Of a DNA stretch of 64,000 nucleotides, positions 41,838 through 56,042 are shown one piece after another. The position numbers were made by a program, and so were the translations under genes. The notes beneath the pieces are model-generated. The model did not search any database. It was given only the letters and a program-made list of their open reading frames with translations, and was not told where the DNA came from. The stretch lies in contig NC_042998.1 of assembly GCF_006345805.1 (NCBI RefSeq), positions 68,014,001-68,078,000 of the forward strand, written 5' to 3'. Positions within the stretch are counted from its first letter, which is position 1. Every line of letters begins with the position of its first letter. This DNA is from Octopus sinensis (lineage: Eukaryota).

Positions 41838-42542
41838 ATTACGCAACTATTATTTTTCCTCTTTTACTTCTTTTCGTTTTTATTGGGAAAAGAGCTTGAA
41901 AAATCCACACGATCATATCAGCTCTAGTATATATTTTTATGTTCAATCATTTTATTATCTGAACTATTTGTCGAATAGTTAAGTTGCGGGGCATAAACGA
42001 AGACCGCAGGCTTTTAAATGGTGCCGATAGAGAAATATAGATACAAGCTCTTACAAATACACACACACGCATACACACATACATACATACATACATACAT
42101 ACATACATACATACATACATACATACATACATACATACAAGTAAACGTGTGCTTGGGTTTGTATGTATAATAATACAAAGTTTGCGTATCTTATTAACCG
42201 ATATCGGTTGTTCAAATTCCACGTATTGACTGAGTAATTCTACGCCAATTCAGTAAACCATGTGTCTCAACATAATCTCCATCACAAGCGATGCACTTGA
42301 GCCATCATTGCACCCAACTTACGAATATTCTTTTGGGAAAATTCAGGAGTGCACTGTTGCACCCTCTTATTCAAATCCACTTTCCGTGTAGTCAAATCGT
42401 TATTCCAGAAGACAGTCCTTTGTTGAACCAAACAGTGGAAGTTGATGGGGGCGAGTCCCAGCTAATGGCTGTACAGTGGATGCGAGACTATTAATCAGTC
42501 TAATTATTTTATTACTATTAATTAATAGCGGGCGGGAAAATA

Positions 42543-42691
42543 TATTTCTTTACTACCCACAAGGGGTTAAACACAGAGGGGACAAACAAGGACAGACAAA
42601 CGGATTAAGTCGATTACATCGACCCCAGTGCGTAACTGGTACTTAATTTATCGACCCCGAAAGGATGAAAGACAAAGTCGACCTCGGCGGA
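42543..42691 (-). mobile_element. SINE family B 3' part
   Basis: Reverse complement of the family B body and tail. Confidence 0.8.
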
Positions 42692-45200
42692 CTCGGGAAG
42701 AAACAAGTGGGTAGATTTCTTCTACAAATTATCGTTCTTGTCTTTAGATACTCAGCCAGTCTTTTAGAAAAGCTTCCTGTAACTTTTAAACTGTTTACTT
42801 TCATCGATGATTTACTATATTTAGATTGTTGAATCTCTTGACGAATATTTTATATTATTTGTGTATAAATTCAGACTGCGCTTAAATATTTCTTAGGTCT
42901 ATTCAGAGATCGGTTTTTAGGAAGATTATTAAAAGATGAACTGATAGTATCCAAAATTATGTAACTTAATTATTATAATTCTAAAGCTACAAAATAAATA
43001 CTGAAAATAAAGCAATCACCATATATAAACGAATATGCAATTGAGCTTCATAAGTGATATGATTAATTCTGTATTAAAATGAATTACAGACCTCATCTAT
43101 AAGAGCAAAAGCAGAACACCAGACATCATAGATTCATTGTCTTACAGGAGAAACACTAACTCGGGGATTTTTAATTCGCGTATGACCGCCAAGCAGATTC
43201 TCCATCTCTGTCTGTCTCTCTACAGTAATATATTACAATATGGCTGTGTGTGTCTAAAGTGACTTCCAATATTCATTGCTTACCTTGAACGCCATACTAC
43301 ATTCAGTGACGTAATGTCGTTTATTTATGAATTTAAAAATGCTTCGACTGTGACATATACTACACTTATCAACCAGACTAGGCAACTCTAGAAACTAAAG
43401 AAGGTTATTGTTAGCCAGATGCTGTTCTGAATTCACAGTCATGGCGACAGAGGCTGTGAAGAAATAGCTACGGTGCTGTAGATCTGAACATTTTTCAGAA
43501 AGTATTTGAAGTGCAATTTGAACGTCTTGTTTCAGTTGATAGCAAAGAAATTTACGCCTACCTTTGCCTTACTTTCGGAAGAACCCTCGTACATTGTAGC
43601 TACTTCCTTATTTTATTTTATACCCTATATTTTAAGAAAATGATACCATGCTTCCCTTAGGTATTAGAGGTCTCAGTGAAAATTAATTTCCTTTCACTAC
43701 GAATTTCCCATCTTATATTTTGTTTAAATTTTTTGCTTGTTTTCATCTTTTCTTACTATACATACTAAAATGCGCTCCAGATATTCAGGAAGAATCGTTG
43801 GACCGTCAGTCAAAATAGCTTGCGGTATTTAGTTGAGTTTTTTTTTTTCATTAAAATCGTATTACCAAGCAAATGCCGGGGTTGATCTAATCTGGTATAT
43901 GCTCTGCCAACTTATGTCGCATTAAGTGCATATATCAGAAAACACATGAAATAACATGATACTAATTTCACCCCATAGAATACTAAAAGCTCCAAACACT
44001 CTAATATACGCGAAGCAAATACGTAGCAAAAGAAAACACATAAACACCGTTGGGATGGGAACAAAAATAAAAGTGTCAAGAATTTAAAGAAGTATATGAA
44101 AAAAAAACATGCTAAATACTAGATACAATGAGTCACAAATGGAAATGAAACCAGTACATGTCAGTTGTTATATAAGCTAGACTGATAAATACGAAAAGTA
44201 GCGTTAAAAGATCAAACAAATAAGGATAAACGGAACGCATTATAACTGCCGTATAGTATCAAAGCCAGCTAACCATACAACGAACGCTAAAAGCATTTTT
44301 TTTTATGAAAAGGAAAATGGTTAGTAAGTGTCCTAAATGTGTGACCAATATGATTAAGCTAGTTGCTATAATTTGGCGAGTGATAAAATGCTAGACAATG
44401 TCTCCATAAACATTAGCATAAAAATTGAAAACCTGCAGATTATGACAATTCCGAATAAGATGAGTCAGATGCATAAACGAGGGATGTTTGTTGAAAAATA
44501 ATGATGTGAATCACACACTTTTAGCAATGTAGAGTCTAATTGGTCAGTTAAATCGTCACATATCAATTGTGTATTCACTTCTTTTATTATTTTTACCTTC
44601 TCAAAAGTGGTAGATTAGTAGATCAATTTGAGCGTGGGAAAAAATGTCTTTTGATACTTGTTACAGCGGCGAACCGATAGAATCATTATTACTCTGAGCA
44701 AAATGCTTAGTAGTATTTCGTAAGTCTTCACATTCTGAGTTCAAATACCGCCGAGTTCGACTTTGCATTTCATTTTGGGGTGGGTTCGATAAAATAAGTA
44801 CCAGTTAAGCACCGGGGTCAACGTAATTGATTTAGCCTCTCTCACGAACTTTCGAACAAAGTACCTAAATATAAAATCGATATTTGTTGTGGCTTGCTTT
44901 AACTTCTGGGATAAACTGTCGACGTGTGTCCATTCAACTTCGCCTTCCATCATTTCGCGGTCGTAAAATTAAGGACCCGTCAAGCGCTAATGTTTTTTGT
45001 AATCAACTAAACCTCTTCTTAAAGCAACCAAATATCCCTTAAATCAAACCCGTTCATCTGATACAACTACGTTTACGAAGGAGTATGTGTTCTCGCATGG
45101 AAACAAATATACGAACGCTCTAATCAGGCCTGGAATGCATTGATCATAGGTATATTTCGTTAGGTTGTCCAAGAGACAACTGAACTACTAACATTTCCAT

Positions 45201-45235
<35 letters not shown>

Positions 45236-46121
45236 TTCACAGCGACGTAACAATATACATATACCTGTAGGCACAAGAAACGCTGCTTTTTGTTTCTCCG
45301 CAAGGAAAATACGCAGAAAATACTAGTAAATTTATTAGCATCTATCTGGTTTCCTGGAATGCTAGAAATAGCAACCGAGTTTCAATGAAATTACACACAA
45401 CCAGACAACGCTTTACATAGCCATTGTACTTAAGAACTTCTATTTCAACCAAATGACTCTGTGTTTGATATCACTATACGAAACCTTGATCAAATATCTC
45501 CAGCCATCAGCTTGTAAAAGGCATATGGCAGGCAAAAGCTGTGTGGAATCCCATTATGTGTGCGCATGCATGTGTATGTCTGTAGGTTTGTGCGTGTGTG
45601 TGTATACATTTACATATATGCATGCATCTATATATATATGTGCGTGTGTGTATGTGTTAATATATGCACACATATATGCACATACACTCAAATATATATG
45701 CACATATATGTATGTACATGCATATGCGTGTGTGTATGTGTGTATGTGTGAGTGTATAAATGTATATAGAATATAGTGTGCAACAGGGTTAGAAAGCTAC
45801 GGCAACGTATTTACGAGAATAAATACCAATAAAACAGACCTGAGATACTGAGCTGTTACCTTAAAACTATTTAATGGCCTGATATTTCCTATATAAAAAC
45901 ACTACTCGTTTTACAACTTTGTAAAGGGGTTTTTATACCCCAAATATCAGGATCATTAAATATTTGAAGGCCACAATTCAGAATACTTGTTACTGCTCTC
46001 ACTGATATTACAGCATGGCTATAGCGTTCTAACTCACCGTAAATATATGTGCGTGTGTGTGAGTGTGTTTGTGCGTACATATATATATATACACAAACAC
46101 ACAAACACACATATATATAAT

Positions 46122-46178
<57 letters not shown>

Positions 46179-46243
46179 TATATATGAATATATGGTATAT
46201 ATATATTACACCTAACACATTCACAGGCACATATATTATATTG

Positions 46244-46279
<36 letters not shown>

Positions 46280-46489
46280 CAAATGTGAGGATAAAATTCT
46301 TTTCTAAAAAAAATATTTTGTCGAAAACAATTTTATCAATGGCCAGCATATTACAAAATACCTTTAACGGTTAAATTTATATAAATCATAAATGAGGGCA
46401 AGGGGAAAAAAATTTCTAATGCCAAATATGCCGAAAAGTTGGACATATTGTCCATTAACCATATAGTTTTTTCACAATACGCACGCTAC

Positions 46490-46772
46490 CCGAATAAAGG
46501 TCGACAGAACACCTGGCTCATAGGGCCGGTTTCCCGGTTTCTTTCACGTATAGGTTCCCCACCTGGACGGGACGCCGGTCCGTCGCAGGTGACCTGCAAG
46601 ATGCAGGAGGAAAGAGTGAAGGAAAGTCGTGGCGAAAGAGTCGGCAGAGGTTTGCCATTACCTTCTGCCGGAGTCGCGTGGAGCTTAGGTGTTTCGCTCA
46701 TAAACACACACGTCACCCGGTCTGAGATTCGAACCCGCGATCCCTCGACTGCAAGTCCGCTGCTCTAACCAT
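46490..46772 (-). mobile_element. tRNA-derived SINE with V-domain-like segment
   Basis: Minus strand: tRNA head GGGTTCGAATCTC and ACCTGCGACGGACCGGCGTCCCGTCCAGG, resembling the V-SINE motif. Related head at about 10650-10812. Confidence 0.6.
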
Positions 46773-46801
46773 GTGCCTCCACATCTATATATGTGTGTGT
46801 G

Positions 46802-46871
<70 letters not shown>

Positions 46872-46904
46872 TTGATAGCTAGATAGACAGATAGATAGAT
46901 AGAT

Positions 46905-46937
<33 letters not shown>

Positions 46938-46969
46938 CATATCTATATATATAGATATATATATACATA

Positions 46970-47036
<67 letters not shown>

Positions 47037-47259
47037 TCTATATATAATATATATATATATAATATATATATATATATACATACATATATATAATTGTCGC
47101 TAAATGTGACTAAGTGTTAAAAGAACACCCTAGGGATAATTCTTCTTGCTCTTATTTCCTGCAGTGTAGGTGATTTTTTTAACACACTTGTCACATTTAG
47201 TAACAATTATAGTCCTCCTTTTTGATGAAACATTGTAACCAGCTGTTTATATTAATTTC

Positions 47260-47300
<41 letters not shown>

Positions 47301-47496
47301 TATATATATATATATATAACAATAATAAATCTCTGAGCGAGATATAAACAGTAACTGCTGTATAACATAAGGGGGATCAGCCATCTGAATGTGGCTAGGG
47401 TCAGGGCGGGGTGGTGGGGGTGTTACTGATGCATTTAGCCCCAGGCGAACATCAACGTCACCAGAAGGGCTGACACCATCTCGGTTTCCCTTATGT

Positions 47497-47567
<71 letters not shown>

Positions 47568-47593
47568 TATCTATATATATATATATATATATA

Positions 47594-47636
<43 letters not shown>

Positions 47637-47643
47637 TATATAT

Positions 47644-48039
47644 GGCGCAGGAGTGGCTGTGTGGTAAGTAGCTTGTTTACCAGCCACGTGGTTCCGGGTT
47701 CAGTCCCACTGCGTGTCACCTTGGGCTAGTGTCTTCTACTATAGCCTCGGGCCGACCAAAGCCTTGTGTGTTGATTTGGTAGACAGAAACTGAAAGAAGC
47801 CCGTCGTATATGCGTGTGTGTGTGTTTGTGTATCTGTGTTTGTCCCTCTAGCATTGCTTGACAACAGATGCTGGTGTGTTTATGTCCCCGTTACTTAGCG
47901 GTTCGGCAAAAGAGACCGATGGAATAAGTACTGGGCTTGCTTACAAAAGAATAAGTCCCGGGGTCAAGTTGCTCGATTAAAGGCGGTGCTCCAGCATGGC
48001 CGCAGTCAAATGATTGAAACAAGTAAAAAAGTAAAAGAG
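47644..48039 (+). mobile_element. SINE family A, full length
   Basis: Collinear and near-identical with 16116-16515. Confidence 0.85.
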
Positions 48040-49235
48040 TATATGTATATATATATATATAATATTATTAGTGAATTGAAGAAATGGAGTTGAACGAAGA
48101 TTGAACAGAAATCGTTTTATTGCATTCTACACGTGTTTCGAAAGCCACAATTTACCAAATTCCGATTGAATAAGGAGACCATATTGTGTCTTTCTCTTCA
48201 GGAAGAAATAGGAAATCCGTTGGAAAAAACAAAAACAGAACAGAGGCGGAGCAAAACAAATCGAACGAGGCTCCTAAGATATATATATATATATATATAT
48301 TGTACAGATGAATTTAATGTTTATTCAAATTCACTTCATTTTCAAAATTTAGAATCTACTAATAGAATTTACTGTTTTTATCGAAGCCTGTTTCAAACTC
48401 ACTGCTCTTCTGGTTCAATCACACATTAAAATGCAGAACAATGCAATTGGAAATATCAATAAATATTTCCTTCTCTATTTGGGTGCAGTCTTGTTCAATG
48501 CCTCCCTCCAGTCGTTGAATGTTGTTAGTTTTGAACCGCAAATTTCTATTTTAAGTATCCCTGTAAAAAAAGACAATCCCTAGTGGTGTGAGGTCCGATG
48601 AACGCATAGAATATTTTACTGAATCTCTTCGTCGAATCCACCTGTTTGCAAGAGAATTTCATTAAAATTACCAGTTCCATCTCTATGGTAGTGTGGGGTG
48701 CCCTATCCTACTAGAACTTTAAAATGCACGCTTGCTTTTGAAATGGACCTTAGCTTTTGAAATTACAAACATGCCGTACAAATTGCCGTATAACTCGCTG
48801 TACAAACTGCCGTACAAATTTTGTTCACCTCTGGTAATACGTTTCTATAACACTTTATTGCTTTGAGGTGTTTATTGATGTCCGTATTCTCCGGAATGTT
48901 TGTTGTGGACATTCTGAACTATTCCACCCGCTTCAAATTTGTCTCCAATTTGACTAAGATTAAGTCGCGCACGGAATTCTACCTGAAACTCCCTCCAAAG
49001 CTGTCTTTGTACATAAAATATTTTAACGGACTATAAATATTTCTACTGCGAGTATCCTTAGGATTTAATCGCTTCTTGTAGTTGTCATTGTTGTTGTTGT
49101 TGTTGTTGTTATTGTTGTTGTGGTTGTTGAAGATGAAGATGATGATGTGGTTGTTATTGAAATCTCATGACAATTCATACTCCATGAAAAGAGACACTAT
49201 TTCAAATTTCCATCAGCCACCTTTTACAATATATA

Positions 49236-49862
49236 CAGGGAGCGATAGGTAAATTGCTGCCATTTTATATTTTTAATTTCGCGCATGTGCGTCGTTTGTT
49301 TTTGATTTTGTGAACTACACAGTTTAGTAGGGGACACCGTCTGAGAGAAAAACAGTACCATGACGCAATTCTGCCAGAAATTTGAAACCGACGTGCTGTA
49401 CTGCTTAGCATTCACGCGGGAAACTCCAATACAAACATTTCAAAGTGTTTGGATGTCAATCTAAGAACAGTGCAATCTGAGGACATGTACCAAGATTAAT
49501 AAACATCCAGTCGACATCAAGATGTTTGCTATATACACTAGTGACGGCGACGTTGAGCCTCCATTCATCTTCTCATACAGCCTCAGACTCAACGAAGAGG
49601 CCTACATCAAGTGCCTCGATGAGGTAGTTCTGCCTTGGTTCAAGAGGGGGTCTGCTGGAAGACCCTATGTCTGGCAACAGGACTCTGCACGTCCAGAAGA
49701 GTTGCAGGAAATTCCGAAGCCGTCTGGAGGCCGTGTCTGAAGCCAATGGCGATTTAATTGAATAAATTTCCCTTTAGTATTTCAAGATAGCTTTTAAAAT
49801 GAGATGTCTGTGTTATTTTCATTTTTGCATAATTTCGACGACAGTTTATTCACCGCACTCGG
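49236..49862 (+). mobile_element. Tc1/mariner-superfamily relic
   Basis: TSDGDVEPPFIF...YIKCLDEVVLPW...RPYVWQQDSA catalytic region. Degenerate TA-flanked TIRs (tacagggagcg / cgcactcggta). Confidence 0.75.
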
Positions 49863-49901
<39 letters not shown>

Positions 49902-50530
49902 CGTGAAGTATATTTGCCACCTAAATGTGGCTGATATATATGGCACGATGCTACTGTAGTTTATAGCCCCAGGATAGATACATATACACACGTACATATA
50001 TATGACAAAAATTAATCGAAATGGCTTTGCTGATATGAGAAAGTGAATAGACTATGGCTTCTTATTTTATCATTTTTCCATTTCAATAATTAGATGTTTA
50101 TAAGTTATTAGGTGTTAAACACCTAATAACTTATAAATATCTAATTATTAAAGGGGAAATATTGCCAGAAAAAACATTTCTGTTCATTTTTTCAAATATA
50201 TAATACTGTACCGAGGACTTTCTACTTCTTTCATTCATATATGTGTATGTATATATATGTATGTATGTATGTATGCATGTAAGTATGTATGTATGTATGT
50301 ATGTATGTATGTATGTATGTATGTATGTATGTATGTATATGCATACATATATAAAAACATACGCAAATGCACACAAAAATATATACATATACAAACACAC
50401 AAATACACACACACACATACACACACACACACACACATGTATATATGTATATTGTAGATGTTAACTGCTACAATCTGTGTGCGTACATATGATTAAATAC
50501 TAATTATATTGCTCTTCTTTGTCATTGCAG

Positions 50531-50669
50531 TGGGAAACGACAATTCACAAATGAGACAATACCCCGTTGCTGTGTTGGTCTTAGCATCGATCTTCTTAGA
50601 ATCCTCAGTGAACGCATAGGATTTGATTTTGAGCTCTTCGAAGTAGAAGACCACATATGGGGATCAAGG
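50531..50669 (+). CDS. Nmdar2: NMDA receptor GluN2-like subunit, exon C (S1); missed by the ORF track
   Basis: ttgcag acceptor and gtaag donor at 50670. First T completes AA|T (Asn). Encodes GKRQFTNETIPRCCVGLSIDLLRILSERIGFDFELFEVEDHIWGSR, containing the NMDA CCxGxxIDLL motif. Confidence 0.93.
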
Positions 50670-51186
50670 GTAAGATTACACTGATATCGATCTATATACA
50701 AGGGTAAGATTATAGTGATATTGATCAACATAACTCAGTAGAATGGCTGTATGACTATATGATTGAATTTCAATTATATTTCAGTAATATCTTCTCTTTC
50801 TATGAACTCACCGCTGATGTATACGCCGTACCTTATATTACGGATCAATGAAATATTGAATCATGCCTGTCATAGAAAAAAAAAACAAATAAATAAATAT
50901 ATGAATAAAATCTGATATCATTGCTATGATGTGATATCTCATATAACACTCATTTGTGATGGTATGCATATATACATACATAAACACACATATGTATATA
51001 TAAATATATATGTATTTGTGCGCGTGTTTATGCATGTACGTATGCATGTATGAAGTTATGTATGTATGAATGTATGAGCATATCTAATATATGCTTATAT
51101 ATATATATGTGTACATATGCGTACATATACATTCATACACATAGATATACGCATAAACTTACACACATACAGACATTCATACAAGC

Positions 51187-51243
<57 letters not shown>

Positions 51244-51306
51244 CATATATACATAATATATGAATATATACATACATGCACACATATATATACACACACC
51301 ACACAC

Positions 51307-51374
<68 letters not shown>

Positions 51375-52780
51375 GTTGTAATTCTCATTTCTTTCATGTT
51401 TATATTTATCGTGGGTTTTATAGACTCACATACCTTGACTTTACCTTCTGCTTCTATCAGATCAAAGGCCTCACAAAACACACGCACACATATAAACAAA
51501 CACACGCACATACATACACATATAAACACATACAAACGTACAAGTTTTCGTGTATGTCAAATTATAATATATATTATATATAAATATCTATATGTATGCA
51601 TATACACATCTACGTTTATATACACACAAGCACACACGTAAATGTGTATATATGCATGTAGTATACGTATATGTGTGTGTGTGTACATACATATGTTCGA
51701 GGCCCAAATATTCTCTAATTTCACTGGTCCCACTCCTGAACTATATGGTCGTTATATTGACGACATTATCGGTGCCACCTCACTCTCCCGCGAACATCTA
51801 GATTCCTTCCTCTCTTTGTCCAATCTTTCCATCCGCCCTCCACTTCACTTCCACTATCTCCAAAACCTCTGTCTCCTTCCTCGACATTTCGGTTAGCATT
51901 CTTCACTCCACTCTTACCACCTCCATCACTACAAACACACAGACAACACTCATACCTCAACTTCTCTTCCTCCCACCCAGAACACACCAAGCTTTCCATC
52001 CCCTATTCCCAATTCCTCCGTCTACGTAGGCTCGTAGTGACGACCATGACTTTGAGACTCAGTCTCAACGTATGGCTCACCACTTCACCCTACGTGGATA
52101 CCCCCTCACCACTATCCACACCGCCCTTGCCAGAGCACGGTCCGTGGACCGTGTATCTGCTCTCTCTCCCCGAACCCGCCCTGTAGTCTCCCGCCTCCCT
52201 TTTCCCCTCACTTACCACCCCACGACCCTACGTCTCCAACGCACCATTCTTCGAGCTTTCCGTCATCTCCAGTCCGACCCGTCCACTTCACACCTCTTCC
52301 CTAACCGACCCCTCCCCTCTTTCAAACGAGCCCACAACCTTCGAGACCTTTTGGTCCATAGCTCCTTCCCTGACCCTACCTCCCAACCCGGCTCGTTCCC
52401 CTGCTCCCGCCCACGTTGCCGCACTTGCCCTTACCTCTCCAACACCACCCGCCTCACTAGCACCCACCATCGAACTATCCCATCATCCACTCCTTCACCT
52501 GCACCTCCAGCAATATTATCTATTGCATCTCTTGCTCTCTCTGCAATTCCTTGTACATCGGACAAACGGGACGCCGCTTGGCTGACCGGTTCGCGGAACA
52601 CCTTCGTGACATCCACCTTGCGAACGACACACCGGTCTCACGCCATTTCCGCTCCACCGGTCACTCCTTGCAACACCTATCTGTGTTCGGTTTGTCCTTA
52701 CACAGAGGCCATCCGGATTCCCGTTTGCGCCGTGACAGGAGGAATAATCTTCTCTCTTCGCTCTTATACGCCATTTGGTC

Positions 52781-53100
52781 TCAACTCTCTCCCCCCCTCC
52801 TCATCTAACCCCCCTCTCCCCCTCCTCACCTATCCTTTCTACCCCGACCCCTACTTCTTCAGTCCTTCATCCTTTCACCCCTACTCCCCTTCCCTTCTTC
52901 CCTCTTTCTCCCTCCCTCTTCCCCTTCCCTCTGCTCCCTCACTCCCTCTCTCCCCTCTCTCCTCCCCCTCCCTCTCCTCTTTCCTCCTTCATCCCCCTCC
53001 TCACCTTCCTTCTCCCCATCGTCTCCTCTTCCCCCTTCTCCTCCCCCTCTTCTTCCCCCCCTTCTCCCCCCCTCTTCTCCACCTCCCCCTCTTCTCCTCA
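52781..53100 (+). repeat. About 320-nt polypyrimidine tract within the PLE 3' region
   Basis: Almost entirely C/T on the + strand. Confidence 0.9.
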
Positions 53101-53654
53101 CTACACCACATGACTTTACACATCACATCACATATGATGTGCCATACTAATACACACACCAACTAATACATACTAATACGTACTAATACATACTAGTACA
53201 TACTAATACTTACACCAACCCTATACATACACACGTCCAGACTCCGCATACGCACTTATACTCTCCACACACACCACACACACACCTATACATACCAATA
53301 CGTACTAATACATACTAATACATACTAATACATACACCAACCCCATACATACGCACGTCCAGACCAATCTTACGCACTAATACTCTCTCATACACACACA
53401 CACACACACACACACCCTTATACATACTAATACATACACCAACCCTATACATACACACATCCAGACCCCCCTCCCACGCACTTTTAGCTGGTCCCTCAAC
53501 CCATTTATCAACCCTATTATCTCCCCTTATTTCGCTCTCGCGTCTCATGTTTGATCTTTGACCTCTGGCCGAAATCAGATCGCCATGTTGATTCGTTAGC
53601 TACTGCACGCATTTTTTTTCTCTCCTTCTTTCTGTGTTTTTCTCTCTCTGTGTA

Positions 53655-53692
53655 TCTTTCTGTTGAAGAGCGTAGGCTCGAAACGTTAAAGA
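53655..53692 (+). ncRNA. Hammerhead motif of the PLE 3' pLTR, core-mutated
   Basis: UCUUU CUGUUGA A GAGC GUAG GCUC GAA ACGU U AAAGA, with A6U in the core. Confidence 0.6.
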
Positions 53693-53790
53693 CTTGTTTT
53701 ATTTATATTTCCTGAGCGCCATACTAATACAATTGTTCGTTTGTTTTCCACCTGCCTTCGTCTTTTGTTTATTTTCATAAAGCTTCCCGT

Positions 53791-53823
<33 letters not shown>

Positions 53824-53829
53824 GTATAT

Positions 53830-53862
<33 letters not shown>

Positions 53863-54227
53863 TATGTATGTGGGCGTGAACACGTACGTATTAGCTGATA
53901 TATTGAGATCTTCCGTTCGTTTGAAAGATCAACCACACACATACGCACTAATAAAATAACGCACCCTACACATATATATAATTACACACGCATATGCACA
54001 CGCACGCACACGCATACACTATGACATATACGTATAAGCATTCACACATTTACACGTACATCCTACAAACCTCCGCACAGTTTCCGTTTAGTAAATTATC
54101 CGTAGAAGTTATTGGTCAGCCCGTGTGTGTAATGACATCAGGTACTTTGATAAGGTGACATGCATGTATATTAGTAAATGTTTGTCGACAAAGGTAATTT
54201 CTTTAGCTGACAGCAACAGATAGAGGC

Positions 54228-54351
<124 letters not shown>

Positions 54352-55152
54352 TACATAAATACATAGATTGATTGGCTCATACATACATACATGGTGGCTG
54401 CCCTCTCGTTATATTATGTCCATTGCACGAAGCTTAATCAATGTTGTTATCGTGCAATGCCTGTGCAAGAAGAAAAGGCTGTGCACTGAGTCAATCCCAC
54501 TCACTAAGAAACAGCAGCCATAATCCGAAAAGAAGAACAATTCAACATCATCGGTAAGCACTGAGCCGCAGGTTTTATGTCGGAGTTATCCCAGTTACCT
54601 GAGTTACCTTCTCCTAGAAGGATGCCCTAACAAAGGCTGAGAGTCCTTCACTCCCAATGGTTTACCCGCACGATCGAGTATTCAGTCCGATTATTTCCCC
54701 GCGCATGATATAGCCTTAAGGCATTTATTGGATGGCCGTTGACTCTCAAGAGTTCCCCCGCCCTTTGACGGGTTTTCTTTTTCATCCCGCAGGGTATCCA
54801 GTAAACACCCTCCTCACCAAGCAAGCTTGGTGGGGTTGCCGGTTTAGTTGCCGACGACCTAACCATGCAAAAGGTTGTACTGGGTTACATGTTACCAGTA
54901 GCACTCGAAAGTGACCTGACATACATACATACATACATACATACATACATACATACATACATACATACATACATACATACATACATACGCAGGCATGAAC
55001 TGACAGCCGGACAAGCGGATGGACTGACTAACGAGCAGATAAACAGATAGATAGGTAGATAGATAAACAGACAGACAGACACACAGACACACAGACACAC
55101 AGACACACAGACAGACAGACACACAGACAGACAGACAGATAGACACACAGAC

Positions 55153-55243
<91 letters not shown>

Positions 55244-55763
55244 CATACAAATGGATACACATACACATACATAAACAGACAGACGGACTGATGGATGGTT
55301 GGATGGATGGACAAGTAAATACGTACACATATATATACAAACTTGTCACCAGTTCAAATATGTTTGAGGCACATACGCAACCGTAAGAAAGACATGAAGT
55401 GTATCTTGCCATGGAGAAAGTACCTCCATATAGGCAAATAGGTGTAAATACACCGAATCAGCTCACAGACGCCACTAACCAGACCGTGGGATGCATGCTT
55501 TTCGGAGTAGTTATCTACTCTTCCGTAGCAGAGACCAGAAATGTATACGCTGCGGACTTACACGGGGCACAGGTCTCTCTTATGATATTCCCGTCAATAT
55601 CGTTCAATGGCTGGTTGCATTGTTCAACTACTCGCCGTAAATAAAGTACGAGGTGACAACCTTAAGCAGTGGTGTGTATATATACAGACTTGTTAACAGC
55701 TCAAATATTTGACAGCGATACATCACTGCTTAACGCTATATATATAGCAGTGAGCTGGCAGGA

Positions 55764-55994
55764 GGCGGTGAGCTGAGAGAAACGTTAGCACGCCGGGAGA
55801 AATGCGTAGCCGTATTTCGTCTGCACTTACGTTCTGAGTTCAAATTCCGCCGAGGTCGACTTTGCCTTTCATCCTTTCGGGGTCGATAAATAAAGTACCA
55901 GTTACGCACAGGGGTCGATGTAATCGACTTAATCCCTTTGTCTGTCCTTGTTTGTGCCCTCTATGTTTAGCCCCTTGTGGGCAGTAAAGGAATA
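55764..55994 (+). mobile_element. tRNA-derived SINE family B, full length
   Basis: GGCGGTGAGCTG...TTCTGAGTTCAAATTCCGCCGAGGTCGACTTTGCC...GGGGTCGATGTAATCGACTT plus tail TTTAGCCCCTTGTGGG. About 12 homologs in the window. Confidence 0.85.
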
Positions 55995-56042
55995 TATTTA
56001 TATATATATATATATATATATACATATATATAGGAGTGCGTA

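Larger units (their letters stand above)
51696..53768 (+). mobile_element. Penelope-like retroelement (probably Neptune-type), 5'-truncated and frameshifted, with 3' pLTR
   Basis: RT motif YGRYIDD and SHPEHTK.SIPYSQFLRLRR; Cys linker CSRPRCRTCPY; GIY-YIG motif NIIYCISC...LYIGQTGRRLADRFAEH. Hammerhead-like motif at 53655; ends at (TA)n. Several 1-nt frameshifts. Confidence 0.92.

Noticed and set aside
52072-53166. 364-aa ORF as an independent gene
   Set aside because: It is a frameshift chimera of the PLE RT-thumb/linker running into the polypyrimidine tract; the GIY-YIG domain is in another frame.
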